Below the pieces are notes generated by a model. It had not been told where the DNA came from. It saw only the letters and a list, made by a program, of their open reading frames with translations, and ran no database searches. 64,000 nucleotides of DNA from Candidatus Bathyarchaeota archaeon (GTDB lineage Archaea > Thermoproteota > Bathyarchaeia > Bathyarchaeales > Bathycorpusculaceae): the NCBI GenBank assembly GCA_963832745.1, contig CAWHVC010000001.1, positions 672,001 through 736,000 on the forward strand, written 5' to 3'. Numbering within the stretch: position 1 is the stretch's first letter; each line of letters starts with the position of its first letter. This document shows positions 50,769 through 60,315 of the stretch, in pieces. The position numbers and the translations under genes were made by a program.

Positions 50769-51920
50769 TTAGGAAAAAACGTTTAGGTTATTGGTGCGGG
50801 TCTTTCTCCCAACACAACCGTGGCATGTATTGCTTACATTATCTCTCATAACCGTTACTTCCACGCTTTGACCCGGCAAAGTTTTTTCTTCAAGATAACT
50901 TGCTAAATCGTCATTGTTTTTGATTTTAACATCGTTTAAGGCTATGATTATGTCGCCGACTTGAAGCTTGCCATCTGAGGGGCCACCGTTAACAACTAAA
51001 TTGACTCGCCAGCCATACGTAACGCTTGAACCAATCTCTTGAGCTACGCCGTAATTCATATCATTGCCATTTATTCCTAAATAAGAGTGACCCGTGTATG
51101 TGCCTGTTGTTATCAAAGCACCAATTTCTCTAAGAATCGTGTTTGAAGGAATCGCAAAAGCTAATCCCTGTGAATCAGAAACAACCGCCGTCGTCACACC
51201 TATAACTTCGCCAGCCGCATTTAACATTGGACCGCCAGAGTTGCCTGGATTAATTGGCGTGCTGGTTTGGATAATGTTTGCAATAGAAAAACGGTTTGAT
51301 GTATCTTCATTAATGGACCTGCCAAGTGCACTGATAACACCTGTAGTTAAAGAGCCCACAAGCCCATAGGGGTTTCCAATCGCGATTACCTGTTCACCAA
51401 CACGTAGAGTGGATGAACTTGCTATTTGAAGAGGCTTAAATTCTTCTGTTGGAGCGTTAACGGAGACTATTGCAAGATCTGCGTATGGGTCTGATCCAAG
51501 AACAGTTGCTGAGTAACCGTTGCCGTTTTGGAATGTGACACTTAACTGATCTGTTCCTTGAACAACATGATAATTGGTGATTACAACGTTACGTCCTTGA
51601 TAATTGTAAACAAAACCTGAAGCTTGCACGGTTCCGTCACTGGTTGTTCCTTGAACCAAAACCACTGAATCTTTAACTTGCTGGTACAATTCGGCAAGCG
51701 AGGTGCCATTCTGGTAGATTGTAATGTTTTGGTAAGTTGCATTCTGAAAACCCTGCAGTTCAGAAACCTGCGCCTGTAAACCTGAAACTTGAGCCTCTAA
51801 ACCGCTTGTATCGCTTATTGTTACGAAAAATATTGTAATTCCGCCGACAAGTATTCCTGCAACAAAAAGCATAATGAGTAAACTTGTCATCGCTTTATTG
51901 TGACCCTTAATTAGACTCAT
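50769..51920 (-). CDS. htrA: HtrA/DegP-like serine protease with PDZ domain; probable 3' frameshift near 50825
   Basis: ITNYHVV, DLAIV, INPGNSGGP triad, PDZ domain; alternative frame ends ATVVLGERPAPIT. Confidence 0.88.
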   Translation of the reverse strand: MSLIKGHNKAMTSLLIMLFVAGILVGGITIFFVTISDTSGLEAQVSGLQAQVSELQGFQNATYQNITIYQNGTSLAELYQQVKDSVVLVQGTTSDGTVQASGFVYNYQGRNVVITNYHVVQGTDQLSVTFQNGNGYSATVLGSDPYADLAIVSVNAPTEEFKPLQIASSSTLRVGEQVIAIGNPYGLVGSLTTGVISALGRSINEDTSNRFSIANIIQTSTPINPGNSGGPMLNAAGEVIGVTTAVVSDSQGLAFAIPSNTILREIGALITTGTYTGHSYLGINGNDMNYGVAQEIGSSVTYGWRVNLVVNGGPSDGKLQVGDIIIALNDVKIKNNDDLASYLEEKTLPGQSVEVTVMRDNVSNTCHGCVGRKTRTNNLNVFS

Positions 51921-51970
51921 GTAAGTACCCTTCTAAAAAACAAGTAAAAAGATAGAGAAATAAAAGTTTG

Positions 51971-52975
51971 CTATTGACGTCTATCGATAATATCCAGCGC
52001 GTCAGGACCTGTACCTATCAATGTAACGGGCACGCCGGTTCTTGTTTCAACTTCTTTAACGAAATCTTTAGCTTCAACCGGCAAGTCTTCAAACTTACGA
52101 ACGGCATTACATTTTGGGAATAAGCAGTCAAGTTTTGTAAGCGCCGCCTGAGTTGCCCCGTTAATTCTGGCTGTTTTCTTTGCTAAATCAAAATCAAACG
52201 GTGCACTGCGTCGGTCTCTACCGGTGCCTGCTGCAGTTTCAAACCAGCCACGTTTTACGGCTTCTTCTTTGCTGATTTCGCCTGGCAACGGTCCGCCGCC
52301 AACGCGGGTAATAAAAGATTTGTAAACAATCATTACATCATCGACTCTTGTTGGGCCTACGCCTGCTTCTGAAGCTATTGCGGATGCACCTGTGTCTCTA
52401 CCTGTAACGTATGGGTAGTCGCCGCTTAGGAACAGTGACAACATAAAGCCTTGAGTACCTTCAAGCAACACGTTTTTGCCTGCGTCTAAGCCGTCGTTTA
52501 CTTCTGCTATGCCGTCAGTAATGAACGGTTTGAGTTCTGGAATGTCTTTTGCAAGTTTAGCGGTTCTTCTAACGCGTTCTTCTAAGGCTGGCCCGACTCC
52601 CCAACCGGTTGTGCCGATGCCCTTGTTAACGGCACTGGCTTTGTCTTGCATGCTGTGTTTTTCTTCGATAATTGAAGCCATCTGGTCGATGCCTATTCGG
52701 CTTTTGTCAACTTGAGTTAATTCGAGTTCTTTAAAGAATTGGCCGACATGCACGTTCGCGCCTGCAGAAATCAGGAGCCGACATTTCGCATAAATGAAGC
52801 CTGCTGGAACCATGTGCAGAGCATATTTTTTGCCTTCATGCCAAACTGTGTGTGCCGCATTGACCGAACCTGTGCGGACGCAAAAGTCAAGCTTGTCTTT
52901 AAGTGCTAAGTACGAAATTATTTTTCCTTTGCCTTCGTCTCCCCAGAAGGCACCTACAATAACCGTGCAAGGCAT
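51971..52975 (-). CDS. purA: Adenylosuccinate synthetase (short archaeal form)
   Basis: GAFWGDEGKGK, EGTQG, YPYVT, TRVGGGP, TGRDRR, LTKLD, GTGP. Confidence 0.96.
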   Translation of the reverse strand: MPCTVIVGAFWGDEGKGKIISYLALKDKLDFCVRTGSVNAAHTVWHEGKKYALHMVPAGFIYAKCRLLISAGANVHVGQFFKELELTQVDKSRIGIDQMASIIEEKHSMQDKASAVNKGIGTTGWGVGPALEERVRRTAKLAKDIPELKPFITDGIAEVNDGLDAGKNVLLEGTQGFMLSLFLSGDYPYVTGRDTGASAIASEAGVGPTRVDDVMIVYKSFITRVGGGPLPGEISKEEAVKRGWFETAAGTGRDRRSAPFDFDLAKKTARINGATQAALTKLDCLFPKCNAVRKFEDLPVEAKDFVKEVETRTGVPVTLIGTGPDALDIIDRRQ

Positions 52976-53040
52976 AACAATTCACCTTTGAAAGGTTCAC
53001 TTATGAATTATTTAAAACTGTTGGAGCAACAATTATGACG

Positions 53041-53418
53041 TTAACGTCTGGCTTTTGCTTCTGCATCTATAACTTCTAAAAGTTTGATTACAGCTTTGCC
53101 TTTCGCTTCTTTTTCTTCAGAGGTTATTGTGGATTTTTCGGGACAAATATCATCAATTATTACACCTGTTTCTTCATCTAAAATCACGGGGTAAACGCCA
53201 CAACCTGCAGGCTTATCATTGTAAACGCTGCATTGACGTTTTTCTAAATCGTAAAAGACACAGTAGCCATTGCGGTTTTTGAGCTGCGCGTATCCTTGTT
53301 TGTCGATTTTCATGAAGTATTTTTTGTGGAACCCTTTTTTCTCTAAACGTTTGATATCCTCGTTTGATAGCAGCATTTCTGTTTCTGTGCAGCAGATTCC
53401 GCAATGTGAACAATGCAT
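53041..53418 (-). CDS. YkgJ/CxxCxxCC family cysteine-cluster protein
   Basis: CSHCGICC, CVFY...CSVYNDKPAGCGVYP. Confidence 0.85.
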   Translation of the reverse strand: MHCSHCGICCTETEMLLSNEDIKRLEKKGFHKKYFMKIDKQGYAQLKNRNGYCVFYDLEKRQCSVYNDKPAGCGVYPVILDEETGVIIDDICPEKSTITSEEKEAKGKAVIKLLEVIDAEAKARR

Positions 53419-53468
53419 AAACCTAAATTATTAAAAGGTTATTTTAGCCTTTATCCGGAGCCGGCAGT

Positions 53469-53708
53469 TTAGCTTTGTACCAGCATAATGTTTCGGTTAA
53501 GCATCTCGGCGTATGCAACGGTTCTTAATGGGATTCTTTCACTGTTAAGGTTTCCAAACGGAATATATTCTAACAGGTTTGCTTTACCCAATTCAGCTTT
53601 TTTGATGGCAGTTAATTGAACGTTTACTATTACTGCGCCGTCTTTTAGGTGTAGGTTGACGTTTTTTCCGATGTAGGATTTTGCACTGTTTAAACTAAAA
53701 TTTTCCAT
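53469..53708 (-). CDS. Small hypothetical protein, possible Sm/Lsm-like fold
   Basis: YIGKNVNLHLKDGAVIVNV resembles the Sm1 motif. Confidence 0.6.
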   Translation of the reverse strand: MENFSLNSAKSYIGKNVNLHLKDGAVIVNVQLTAIKKAELGKANLLEYIPFGNLNSERIPLRTVAYAEMLNRNIMLVQS

Positions 53709-53715
53709 GCTTTGG

Positions 53716-53865
53716 TCACCATTCATTGTCTTGATCGGCGATTTTGCTCCAGCAGTGCTCGCAGATTGGGATTATTTCTCCTTTAAATTGAATGTATAAT
53801 TTAATTTGTTCACTTTGGCAGGTTTCTTCCCACGGGTTTTTGCAATGTTCAATGTGATGTTCCAT
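53716..53865 (-). CDS. 49-aa zinc-binding microprotein, not in ORF track
   Basis: MEHHIEHCKNPWEETCQSEQIKLYIQFKGEIIPICEHCWSKIADQDNEW; GAGG RBS; ends 7 nt before the next ATG. Confidence 0.7.
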   Translation of the reverse strand: MEHHIEHCKNPWEETCQSEQIKLYIQFKGEIIPICEHCWSKIADQDNEW

Positions 53866-53998
53866 GATTTTGTTCCTCAAAAACTGCTATGTCGCTTTTT
53901 TGCTTTTAAATGGGCTGTTTGAACTGATAATATCGACTGGGGAGAGGTGAGTTAAAGTAAAACAGTGTGAATTATAATTTTAGAGGTATTGAATTTTT

Positions 53999-54427
53999 AT
54001 GGATTATTATTTTTTAGCGGCAACTGTTACCTTCGCTGTGCAGATTGTAGTTTTAGCCATGTTAATAGTTGGGTTTGGCTTAGAACGGCAGAAACGTTTT
54101 CGTCAACATGGATTTTTAATGGTGGCAGCTGTAATTTTGCATTTAATTACTATATTGGTAGTGATGGTTCCTGCTCTTGGCGTTATCGAATTTACGTTTA
54201 CGGGTCTACCAGTAACCGTCGTTGCTTTCTCGGCTGCTCATGCAGTTATTGGTTTAACCGCTCTAATGTTGGGCATCTGGCTTTCCGCTTCATGGCGACT
54301 TCGTCAGTCCCTGCAGTATTGCGCTCCCAAAAAAATTCCAATGCTCGTGACCTTCACAATTTGGATAATTGCTCTCGTAATGGGTATAACCTTGTTTTTT
54401 ATGCTCTATTTGCCCCTCATGGCTTAA
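53999..54427 (+). CDS. Four-TM membrane protein (DUF420-like)
   Basis: Four hydrophobic helices with spaced His residues (RQHG, ILH, AAH). Confidence 0.7.
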   Translation: MDYYFLAATVTFAVQIVVLAMLIVGFGLERQKRFRQHGFLMVAAVILHLITILVVMVPALGVIEFTFTGLPVTVVAFSAAHAVIGLTALMLGIWLSASWRLRQSLQYCAPKKIPMLVTFTIWIIALVMGITLFFMLYLPLMA

Positions 54428-54437
54428 CGCCTAAGGG

Positions 54438-54995
54438 TTAAATGTTAATTATTTCGGGGGTAATGCTGTCTTTTGTAATTTTTAGCAATGCAACAGTCGG
54501 CTTGTTTAGCAGGGACGAAGGGCTAGTGGGGCTTCCGGGATTAATGTAAAGTGTTTTTCCTTCCCATTTGATGTTAGCGTTATGCGTGTGCCCATAAACC
54601 AGTACGTCAAACCCGTTTTCTTTTGTTAACTCCCGCATTTTGTCCATGCCTGACATCGTATCTGGGTCATGTATTACCCCGATTTTTCTATCAAAAATTT
54701 TCAATGAATTCAGGTTTGGCAGGATTTCTTTAGTTTCTGGACCATCCATATTGCCGTGGACAGCTAAAACTGGTGCAATCTGTTCAAGTTCTTCAATTAC
54801 TGATAACTCGACTAGGTCTCCTGCATGAATAATGAAGTCAACGTTTTCAAAACTGGTGAAGACTTCTTTTGGAAGACTGTTTGCTCTTGACGGAATATGT
54901 GTGTCTGAAATTAAACCGATAGTTTTTGTGGCTGTCGCATTAGCCATCTCTTTAGACACCATTGTTTGTTCGCTAGTCAACTGTCTGGTCCTCAA
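54438..54995 (-). CDS. YfcE-family metallophosphoesterase
   Basis: ISDTH, HAGD, VHGNMD, YGHTH, INPGS; true start may be ~54947. Confidence 0.92.
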   Translation of the reverse strand: MRTRQLTSEQTMVSKEMANATATKTIGLISDTHIPSRANSLPKEVFTSFENVDFIIHAGDLVELSVIEELEQIAPVLAVHGNMDGPETKEILPNLNSLKIFDRKIGVIHDPDTMSGMDKMRELTKENGFDVLVYGHTHNANIKWEGKTLYINPGSPTSPSSLLNKPTVALLKITKDSITPEIINI

Positions 54996-55114
54996 GCAAT
55001 CGTTTAAACTGTATTTACCCTTATATGGATTCTAGTAAATGGGTATTTGATTTTAAGCTTAATCATCAAAAACAGCTTATTACTCCATAAATCACGTATT
55101 TACCGCAAACTTAA

Positions 55115-55400
55115 ATGCAAATCTTGTTGACGACAAAATCTACTCAATCGGTGGAATAAAATCGTTAAACAGTCATAGCGACCTAACAAGTGTTAACGCC
55201 CCTCAAATCTATGACCCGCAAACCGACACTTGACTACACCAGAAACTATTCCGACACCTGTAAATGCGCCAGCATGTATCAGTAGGACATCAAGTGATTC
55301 ACCGAAAATTTATGTTCTAGGCGGCAGCAGTACAGGTTTCAAAACAACATACAACTTAACACAAATTTATGATGTAAACGCAAACTCGTTGACGTCTTCA
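55115..55400 (+). pseudogene. Kelch-repeat protein remnant
   Basis: VDDKIYSIGG...QIYDPQTDT(stop) and PKIYVLGG...TQIYDVNANS Kelch repeats with a stop and a frameshift; no start. Confidence 0.7.
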
Positions 55401-55506
55401 ATTCTTTAGCCATTCTAAATCCTAATTTCTTTTTTGTCTCCTGTCATTTTTGGTTGCTTTAAACAATTTATTAATATAAGTGCGTTATAACAAACTGCGA
55501 TAATTC

Positions 55507-55863
55507 ATGGACCCGCAATGCGAAGTAATCGGCAAAATTGTGCTTCCAATCTTCAGGTCAATGCTTGCCAAAGAACTTGTACAAAAATATCACCTGTCGC
55601 AAACGCAAACCGCCAAAAAACTTGGCACAACACAAGCCGCAGTAAGCCAGTATCTTAGCAGTAAAAGGGCATACAAGGGCATGGAGCAGGCTGAAGAGTT
55701 TTTGCCTAAAATTCAGGTGATGGCTCAAGAAACCGCCAAAAAACTGGTTAATAATGAAATTAAATCGACTGAAGTAACAGCTGATTTTTGCGGGTTATGC
55801 TCAACTTTTTGCCGAAAAAAAACGCCAGTTGACAGTGCTCCTAACCTTGAGTACTATATTTGA
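55507..55863 (+). CDS. Archaeal HTH transcription regulator (COG2522-like)
   Basis: PQCE...LPIFRSMLAKEL...SQTQTAKKLGTTQAAVSQYLSSKR; CxxC. Confidence 0.85.
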   Translation: MDPQCEVIGKIVLPIFRSMLAKELVQKYHLSQTQTAKKLGTTQAAVSQYLSSKRAYKGMEQAEEFLPKIQVMAQETAKKLVNNEIKSTEVTADFCGLCSTFCRKKTPVDSAPNLEYYI

Positions 55864-55938
55864 ACTTCTTAGTTTATTTAGACTATATTAGTCAGCATCA
55901 AAAATAACCAAGCACTTTTCAGTTTAGGAGAAGACAAA

Positions 55939-56232
55939 ATGTCAAAGCTACAATTGATAGTTTTAGAGCCCCATGCCATCAGTAGTAAACCTTCGCAAAA
56001 AGAATCCGCAAACCAGCAAACCGTCAAAGTTAAGCTTGAATGCCCAAGATGTTACTGGATTTTTGAAACCCAAATACCAGACGGTAAACATCCAGAACAC
56101 ACATACAAAAAACAAGAAACCAATCCTGCCCTTGGCGACGTTATTGAAGAGCCTCGAGTCTGTAGAAACCCAAAATGCAACAAACACTTCACCATCTACT
56201 GGTGCAAAAGCGGGGTCACCAGCAAAGTCTAA
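55939..56232 (+). CDS. Small zinc-finger protein
   Basis: CPRC and CRNPKC motifs; AGGAG RBS. Confidence 0.65.
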   Translation: MSKLQLIVLEPHAISSKPSQKESANQQTVKVKLECPRCYWIFETQIPDGKHPEHTYKKQETNPALGDVIEEPRVCRNPKCNKHFTIYWCKSGVTSKV

Positions 56233-56402
56233 AAACAGTGTTTTTTTAACAGTTTAATCCTGTTATCAGATTAGTCTTCAACCAAATGTATTTGTCCTCA
56301 TACCAATTTTTTGGGTTTTAACATGCTTTTTTCTTGTTTTTTAACCATTTGGATTTAATCCTTAGGATTTTCTGAAAAAAGCTGGTTTTACTCCTACCCA
56401 CT

Positions 56403-56430
56403 TAGGTTTCTGCAATGAATTTCTAATAGG
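56403..56430 (+). repeat. Dispersed 28-bp intergenic repeat, copy 3
   Basis: TAGGTTTCTGCAATGAATTTCTAATAGG. Confidence 0.85.
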
Positions 56431-56559
56431 CTTCAAATAACAGGCAATCAATGGCAAATTCATGTTTATACTATTGTAACTATTTAGATTTGAATAAATA
56501 ATCTATAGACAACTCTTATTTAATATAGAAGCGCTTGCAGGGTTCAAAGTGAAAAACAA

Positions 56560-57399
56560 ATGAACCAAAAAACTTGGCGCCAACCAGCCACCCTAATCAT
56601 CGTAGCAACAGCCGTAAACGCTGCCCTCTACGCAGTAGGCTCCCTAACAACCGCATACATCCCTTCACCATGGGGCATAGGACAATTCCGCCCAGCAGTG
56701 GTTATTCCAAGCTTTTTTGCCATAATTTTTGGTCCATGGACAGGAGGCTTAGGCGCTGCTTTAGGAACATTGATAGCGGATTCAATTAAGCATGGTGGAA
56801 TTTACCCGGGAAGCCTGCTTTCAGCGGTGCCAGGCAACTTTATCGGCTTCTTCATAATGGGCTATTTTCTAAGAAAAAAATTCACTTGGTCCAGATTCAT
56901 AACATGGACAAACATTTCACTGCTAGTCGCTAACTCTGTAGTGGCATTCTTGTACGTGTACATTTACAAGTTTCTTTACGCTCAAACTTCAACGTTCATT
57001 CAAGCATCTAACGACACATTAATTGTACTATCAGCGGGACTTACAATATTTTGGTTTGTAACTATGCTACCTTTTGTACTCATTGTTACGCCGCCGCTAC
57101 TGGCTATTATCACCAAAGCGTTCCCTTCGATCGTTTCGCCGGAAATCAAAGAAGCAGGAATAAAGCCAATACCCAAACGCCTCTTAGGAACGTCAATGCT
57201 TGCACCCGGCATAATCATGATACTAATCGGGTTAGCCATCACTTTCACGCCACTGAACAGTTACATGTCAACTAACATGGTAGCAAGTTACTTGCCTATT
57301 ACAACGCTTAACCTGATTCAACTGTTACTGTACGCGGGCGGCTCAGTTCTTGCATTATTAGGCGCCGTTTTGTTTGTTAAGAAAAGCAGTATAACATAA
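56560..57399 (+). CDS. ECF transporter S-component family protein
   Basis: AALYA, FRPAVVIP..IIFGPWTGGLGAALGTLIAD. Confidence 0.8.
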   Translation: MNQKTWRQPATLIIVATAVNAALYAVGSLTTAYIPSPWGIGQFRPAVVIPSFFAIIFGPWTGGLGAALGTLIADSIKHGGIYPGSLLSAVPGNFIGFFIMGYFLRKKFTWSRFITWTNISLLVANSVVAFLYVYIYKFLYAQTSTFIQASNDTLIVLSAGLTIFWFVTMLPFVLIVTPPLLAIITKAFPSIVSPEIKEAGIKPIPKRLLGTSMLAPGIIMILIGLAITFTPLNSYMSTNMVASYLPITTLNLIQLLLYAGGSVLALLGAVLFVKKSSIT

Positions 57400-57437
57400 A
57401 GAGGTTAGTGCAGGCAAACTGCCGCTCACTTTTTCTT

Positions 57438-58298
57438 TTATTGGTTTAATGGTCGCATAAGGTTTAGTCGCCATTGTTGACCGTAAGCGTTGATTGTCGT
57501 CCAATAGCATTCTTTCTGCACTGTTTCGCCACCAGTAGCGTTTAAGGTAAAGCTGTATTTTCCATGCCCAGAACTCTCAGCTGCCACTCTGTGCCCTACC
57601 GCTAAAAGTTCAGTATATCCAGAGTACAGGGGGTCAGTGAAAAGGTTCTTTCCCTGCTGGGCAGGGTCAGTGTCATAGAGGGATAACCCGTCAGTCTGCA
57701 TAACCAAAGCTGAATAATCCTTACCGTTTAGCAGTGGTGCAATGGTTGTGTTGATTAACTGGTCAGGATGGAAAATGACGCTTACACTGCCGATTTGCTG
57801 GTCGTTTGAATTATAAACTGGGCAGGCTAAAGCTACCCCTTGTACGCCTTCAACAAGCAGCATTGCTGGAGTCATCATGGGCGTCAATTCGCCATGTGGA
57901 TTGGTATAGAGCCAAGCTTGTTCGCCAACGTTTTTGCCTTCTGAACTTTGGTATTTGCTTGGTTCAACAATTATCATGTTATTGTTTAGGTCCTGTGTTG
58001 CTCCATCAATAATGAATGAACTACTCAAAGCTAAATCGTTCACAACAGCACGGGCTTTGTCACCAGAAATTCCCGTTATTGAGAGTTGCTGGGAAGCGTA
58101 AATTAGGCTATCTCTAATTTGTTTAATCTGCGCGTCTATGCCTATTTGTGCCTGAGACAAAATTTGAGTCATTTCAAGCCGAGTTTCGGCATTGCTTTTT
58201 TGGCTACTTGATGTTTGATTAGCAAGATATAGATTGCAACCTATTGATACAATTAAAGCAACGGTTAACACAGCTACTAAGAGCTTTAAAGTATTCAA
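57438..58298 (-). CDS. Exported Cache-domain protein
   Basis: Signal peptide; LVEG..VALACPVY...GSVSV, VMQTDG..LYDTD..GKNLF; no cytoplasmic output domain. Confidence 0.7.
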   Translation of the reverse strand: MNTLKLLVAVLTVALIVSIGCNLYLANQTSSSQKSNAETRLEMTQILSQAQIGIDAQIKQIRDSLIYASQQLSITGISGDKARAVVNDLALSSSFIIDGATQDLNNNMIIVEPSKYQSSEGKNVGEQAWLYTNPHGELTPMMTPAMLLVEGVQGVALACPVYNSNDQQIGSVSVIFHPDQLINTTIAPLLNGKDYSALVMQTDGLSLYDTDPAQQGKNLFTDPLYSGYTELLAVGHRVAAESSGHGKYSFTLNATGGETVQKECYWTTINAYGQQWRLNLMRPLNQ

Positions 58299-58396
58299 TT
58301 AACATCAAATCTCCATAAGACATTACGGCTTAACGGTAAATAGAGGTTGTTAAGGGCAAAGCAAGATTAAAAATTCAGTGCAGAAAAACAAAAAAA

Positions 58397-58999
58397 TTAG
58401 GCTTTAACTGGAGCCTTTGTAACAACACGCGGGGGCTTTGTAACTACAATAGACGGTTTCGTGTCAGGTTTAACTGTATCCTCAATCTTAACCGGATACA
58501 CCGAGTAACCCACACTTAACCTATAAGGTGCCAAAAGCATGCCCCAAATCTTGCTTAACTCATCAACCGAAAGCGCATCAGGGACCACTTTTAGGTCCTC
58601 CCCAGCTTCGCTTATGCTGCCTTGAAGGTTTGAACCACGTATAATCGGCGTTTCATGGAACAGCTGCATAATTTTGCCCAAAACGATTTGGTCATTCTCG
58701 CCATTTTGGGTTATAGGCGTGATTAGGTAACGGAGGTTTAGGTAGAGTGGAGGCTTTGACGGGTTCTGGGTGGGTGTCGGCTGGTTGCGCATGCTGGCTA
58801 GTTCGGTGACGTTGTAAAGGTAAACTGAGATTTGTGGCGGTTTTAATTCGGCGGCGTCTTTAGGTGAAAGGAAATTGATTTGCTCAGGGTTTCTGATGAT
58901 GACGCTTGTTTGTTTGTCATCTTTGAAAGCGTTCCAGATTCGGTTGGCAAGAGTTTTGCTTGCACCGTTAATATTGTTAAAGCTCACCTGGTCTGTCAC
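58397..58999 (-). CDS. DUF4255 (Pvc16/Afp16-like tail terminator/cap)
   Basis: ISVYLYNV...RN, PPLYLNLRYLITP, DQIVLGKIMQLFH, LSKIW, PYRLSVGY. Confidence 0.85.
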   Translation of the reverse strand: MTDQVSFNNINGASKTLANRIWNAFKDDKQTSVIIRNPEQINFLSPKDAAELKPPQISVYLYNVTELASMRNQPTPTQNPSKPPLYLNLRYLITPITQNGENDQIVLGKIMQLFHETPIIRGSNLQGSISEAGEDLKVVPDALSVDELSKIWGMLLAPYRLSVGYSVYPVKIEDTVKPDTKPSIVVTKPPRVVTKAPVKA

Positions 59000-59005
59000 C
59001 TAAGC

Positions 59006-59440
59006 TTATTTTACGCGTTGCATTGTTTCGAAAACGATTTCTAAGGTTTCAATGGCTACTTCGTTGGCTTTAGCGTTTAAGTCGGGTCCTTTGTATTTGC
59101 TTGGCCAAGCGTTTGTGAAGTCCCAGCGGGCTGCTTCAACGCCTTCCTCGTCAATAAGGATTACGGAAACGTTTTTGCGCATGGTGTTGATTTTTCCTTG
59201 TTCAATCATTTTCCGCCAATTATAAAGCTCCAATGAGTTAGTGATACCCCATTTCAGAATTAACGGGTTGTAGGCTGTGGCGCCGGGCAGTTTTTGAGTG
59301 GTAACTGATGTGCCTTCTCTGTGTTCGATTACTTCGCTTGCGGATTCAGGCACGATTACTTCACAAAAGTTTGCTTGTGCAACACCGGTTATTTCGATTC
59401 TGAAACGATGATTTCGAAAAGGGTCTTTTCTGGTTGACAT
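59006..59440 (-). CDS. T4 gp19-like tail tube protein (eCIS Afp1/5-like)
   Basis: DPFRNHRFRIEI, EHREG, KLPG, LILKWG, LYNW, RKNVSVIL, ARWDFTNAWPSKYKGPDLNA..NEVAIETLEI. Confidence 0.9.
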   Translation of the reverse strand: MSTRKDPFRNHRFRIEITGVAQANFCEVIVPESASEVIEHREGTSVTTQKLPGATAYNPLILKWGITNSLELYNWRKMIEQGKINTMRKNVSVILIDEEGVEAARWDFTNAWPSKYKGPDLNAKANEVAIETLEIVFETMQRVK

Positions 59441-59529
59441 GTTATCGTTAACTCCAAACATGTACTCAGATGAAGGAATTATTATGTTTTGCCAAAAACT
59501 GCAAAGGCAACGCCGTGGATTTAACGCGT

Positions 59530-59874
59530 TTAATTTTTGGTTATGAAATCGCGGAGGGCTTCTTTTACAGGCATATTAAAAAGCGCACGCAAACGGTCCA
59601 AAGATTCCATGCCGCTGGAGGTTATTGCGTAATATTTGGTGCGTCGCCTGCCTTTTTGTGTCCATTCTCCAACAATGAAGCCGTCTTTTTCCATCTCATA
59701 AAGAAGCGGGTAAACTATACCGGAAGGCAAATGCTGTCCAGTTAGATGTTCAAGTTCTTTGACAAGCCCGTAGCCTGACATGGGCTTCTGGTTAACAAGC
59801 CACAGAATAATGCCTCTGCTGAAGTTTGTTACGATGTTTCTTATCGCTTCCCTTTCAGCCTCATCCACTGTCAA
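59530..59874 (-). CDS. PadR family transcription regulator
   Basis: PMSGYGL, SGIVYPLLYEME..G, KYYAIT..G. Confidence 0.9.
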   Translation of the reverse strand: MTVDEAEREAIRNIVTNFSRGIILWLVNQKPMSGYGLVKELEHLTGQHLPSGIVYPLLYEMEKDGFIVGEWTQKGRRRTKYYAITSSGMESLDRLRALFNMPVKEALRDFITKN

Positions 59875-59947
59875 AACGCCCCACGTGCAGTTGAATGCTT
59901 ATTTAATCATCGTATTAAATCATTTTTAAGGGCTAAAGTCAAAAAGG

Positions 59948-59959
59948 TTGATATATCAA
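59948..59959. promoter_or_regulatory. Perfect 12-bp palindrome between divergent PadR genes
   Basis: TTGATATATCAA, 26 nt upstream of the second padR start. Confidence 0.4.
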
Positions 59960-59985
59960 AAAAAGAAACTCATAATAGTGGAATA

Positions 59986-60315
59986 ATGGTTGACGTAGTC
60001 TGTGCTTTCCAAAGAGGATTAGATAGGCCTCTTATTCTTTGGCTTATCTCTAAAGGACCTGTTCACGGATATGAAATCAACAATGAAGTAAAACGGTTAA
60101 CTGGTCGACGTCTTAAGCCTGCAACCTTGTATCCACTGCTTAACAAATTGGAAGATGACGGTTTTCTGGTAAGCGAATTGATTGAAAAAGGCCGCCGGAA
60201 ACTGCGATGCTACCGTTTGACGGAGAAGGGAGAAAAATTCCTGTGTAAAACGTCAGAATTGTTCAAGTTGCCCCTTAGACGGATAATTGCGGATTTGCTA
60301 GGCGAACAAGACTAA
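59986..60315 (+). CDS. PadR family transcription regulator
   Basis: PVHGYEI, ATLYPLLNKLE..G, YRLTEKG. Confidence 0.9.
   Translation: MVDVVCAFQRGLDRPLILWLISKGPVHGYEINNEVKRLTGRRLKPATLYPLLNKLEDDGFLVSELIEKGRRKLRCYRLTEKGEKFLCKTSELFKLPLRRIIADLLGEQD

Noticed and set aside
28027-56430. The 28-bp repeat as a CRISPR repeat, dif site or ORB
   Set aside because: Copies are kilobases apart with no spacers, lack the dyad symmetry of dif, and lack the ORB G-string consensus
58397-59461. Prophage
   Set aside because: No capsid, terminase, portal or integrase nearby; flanks are ordinary host genes
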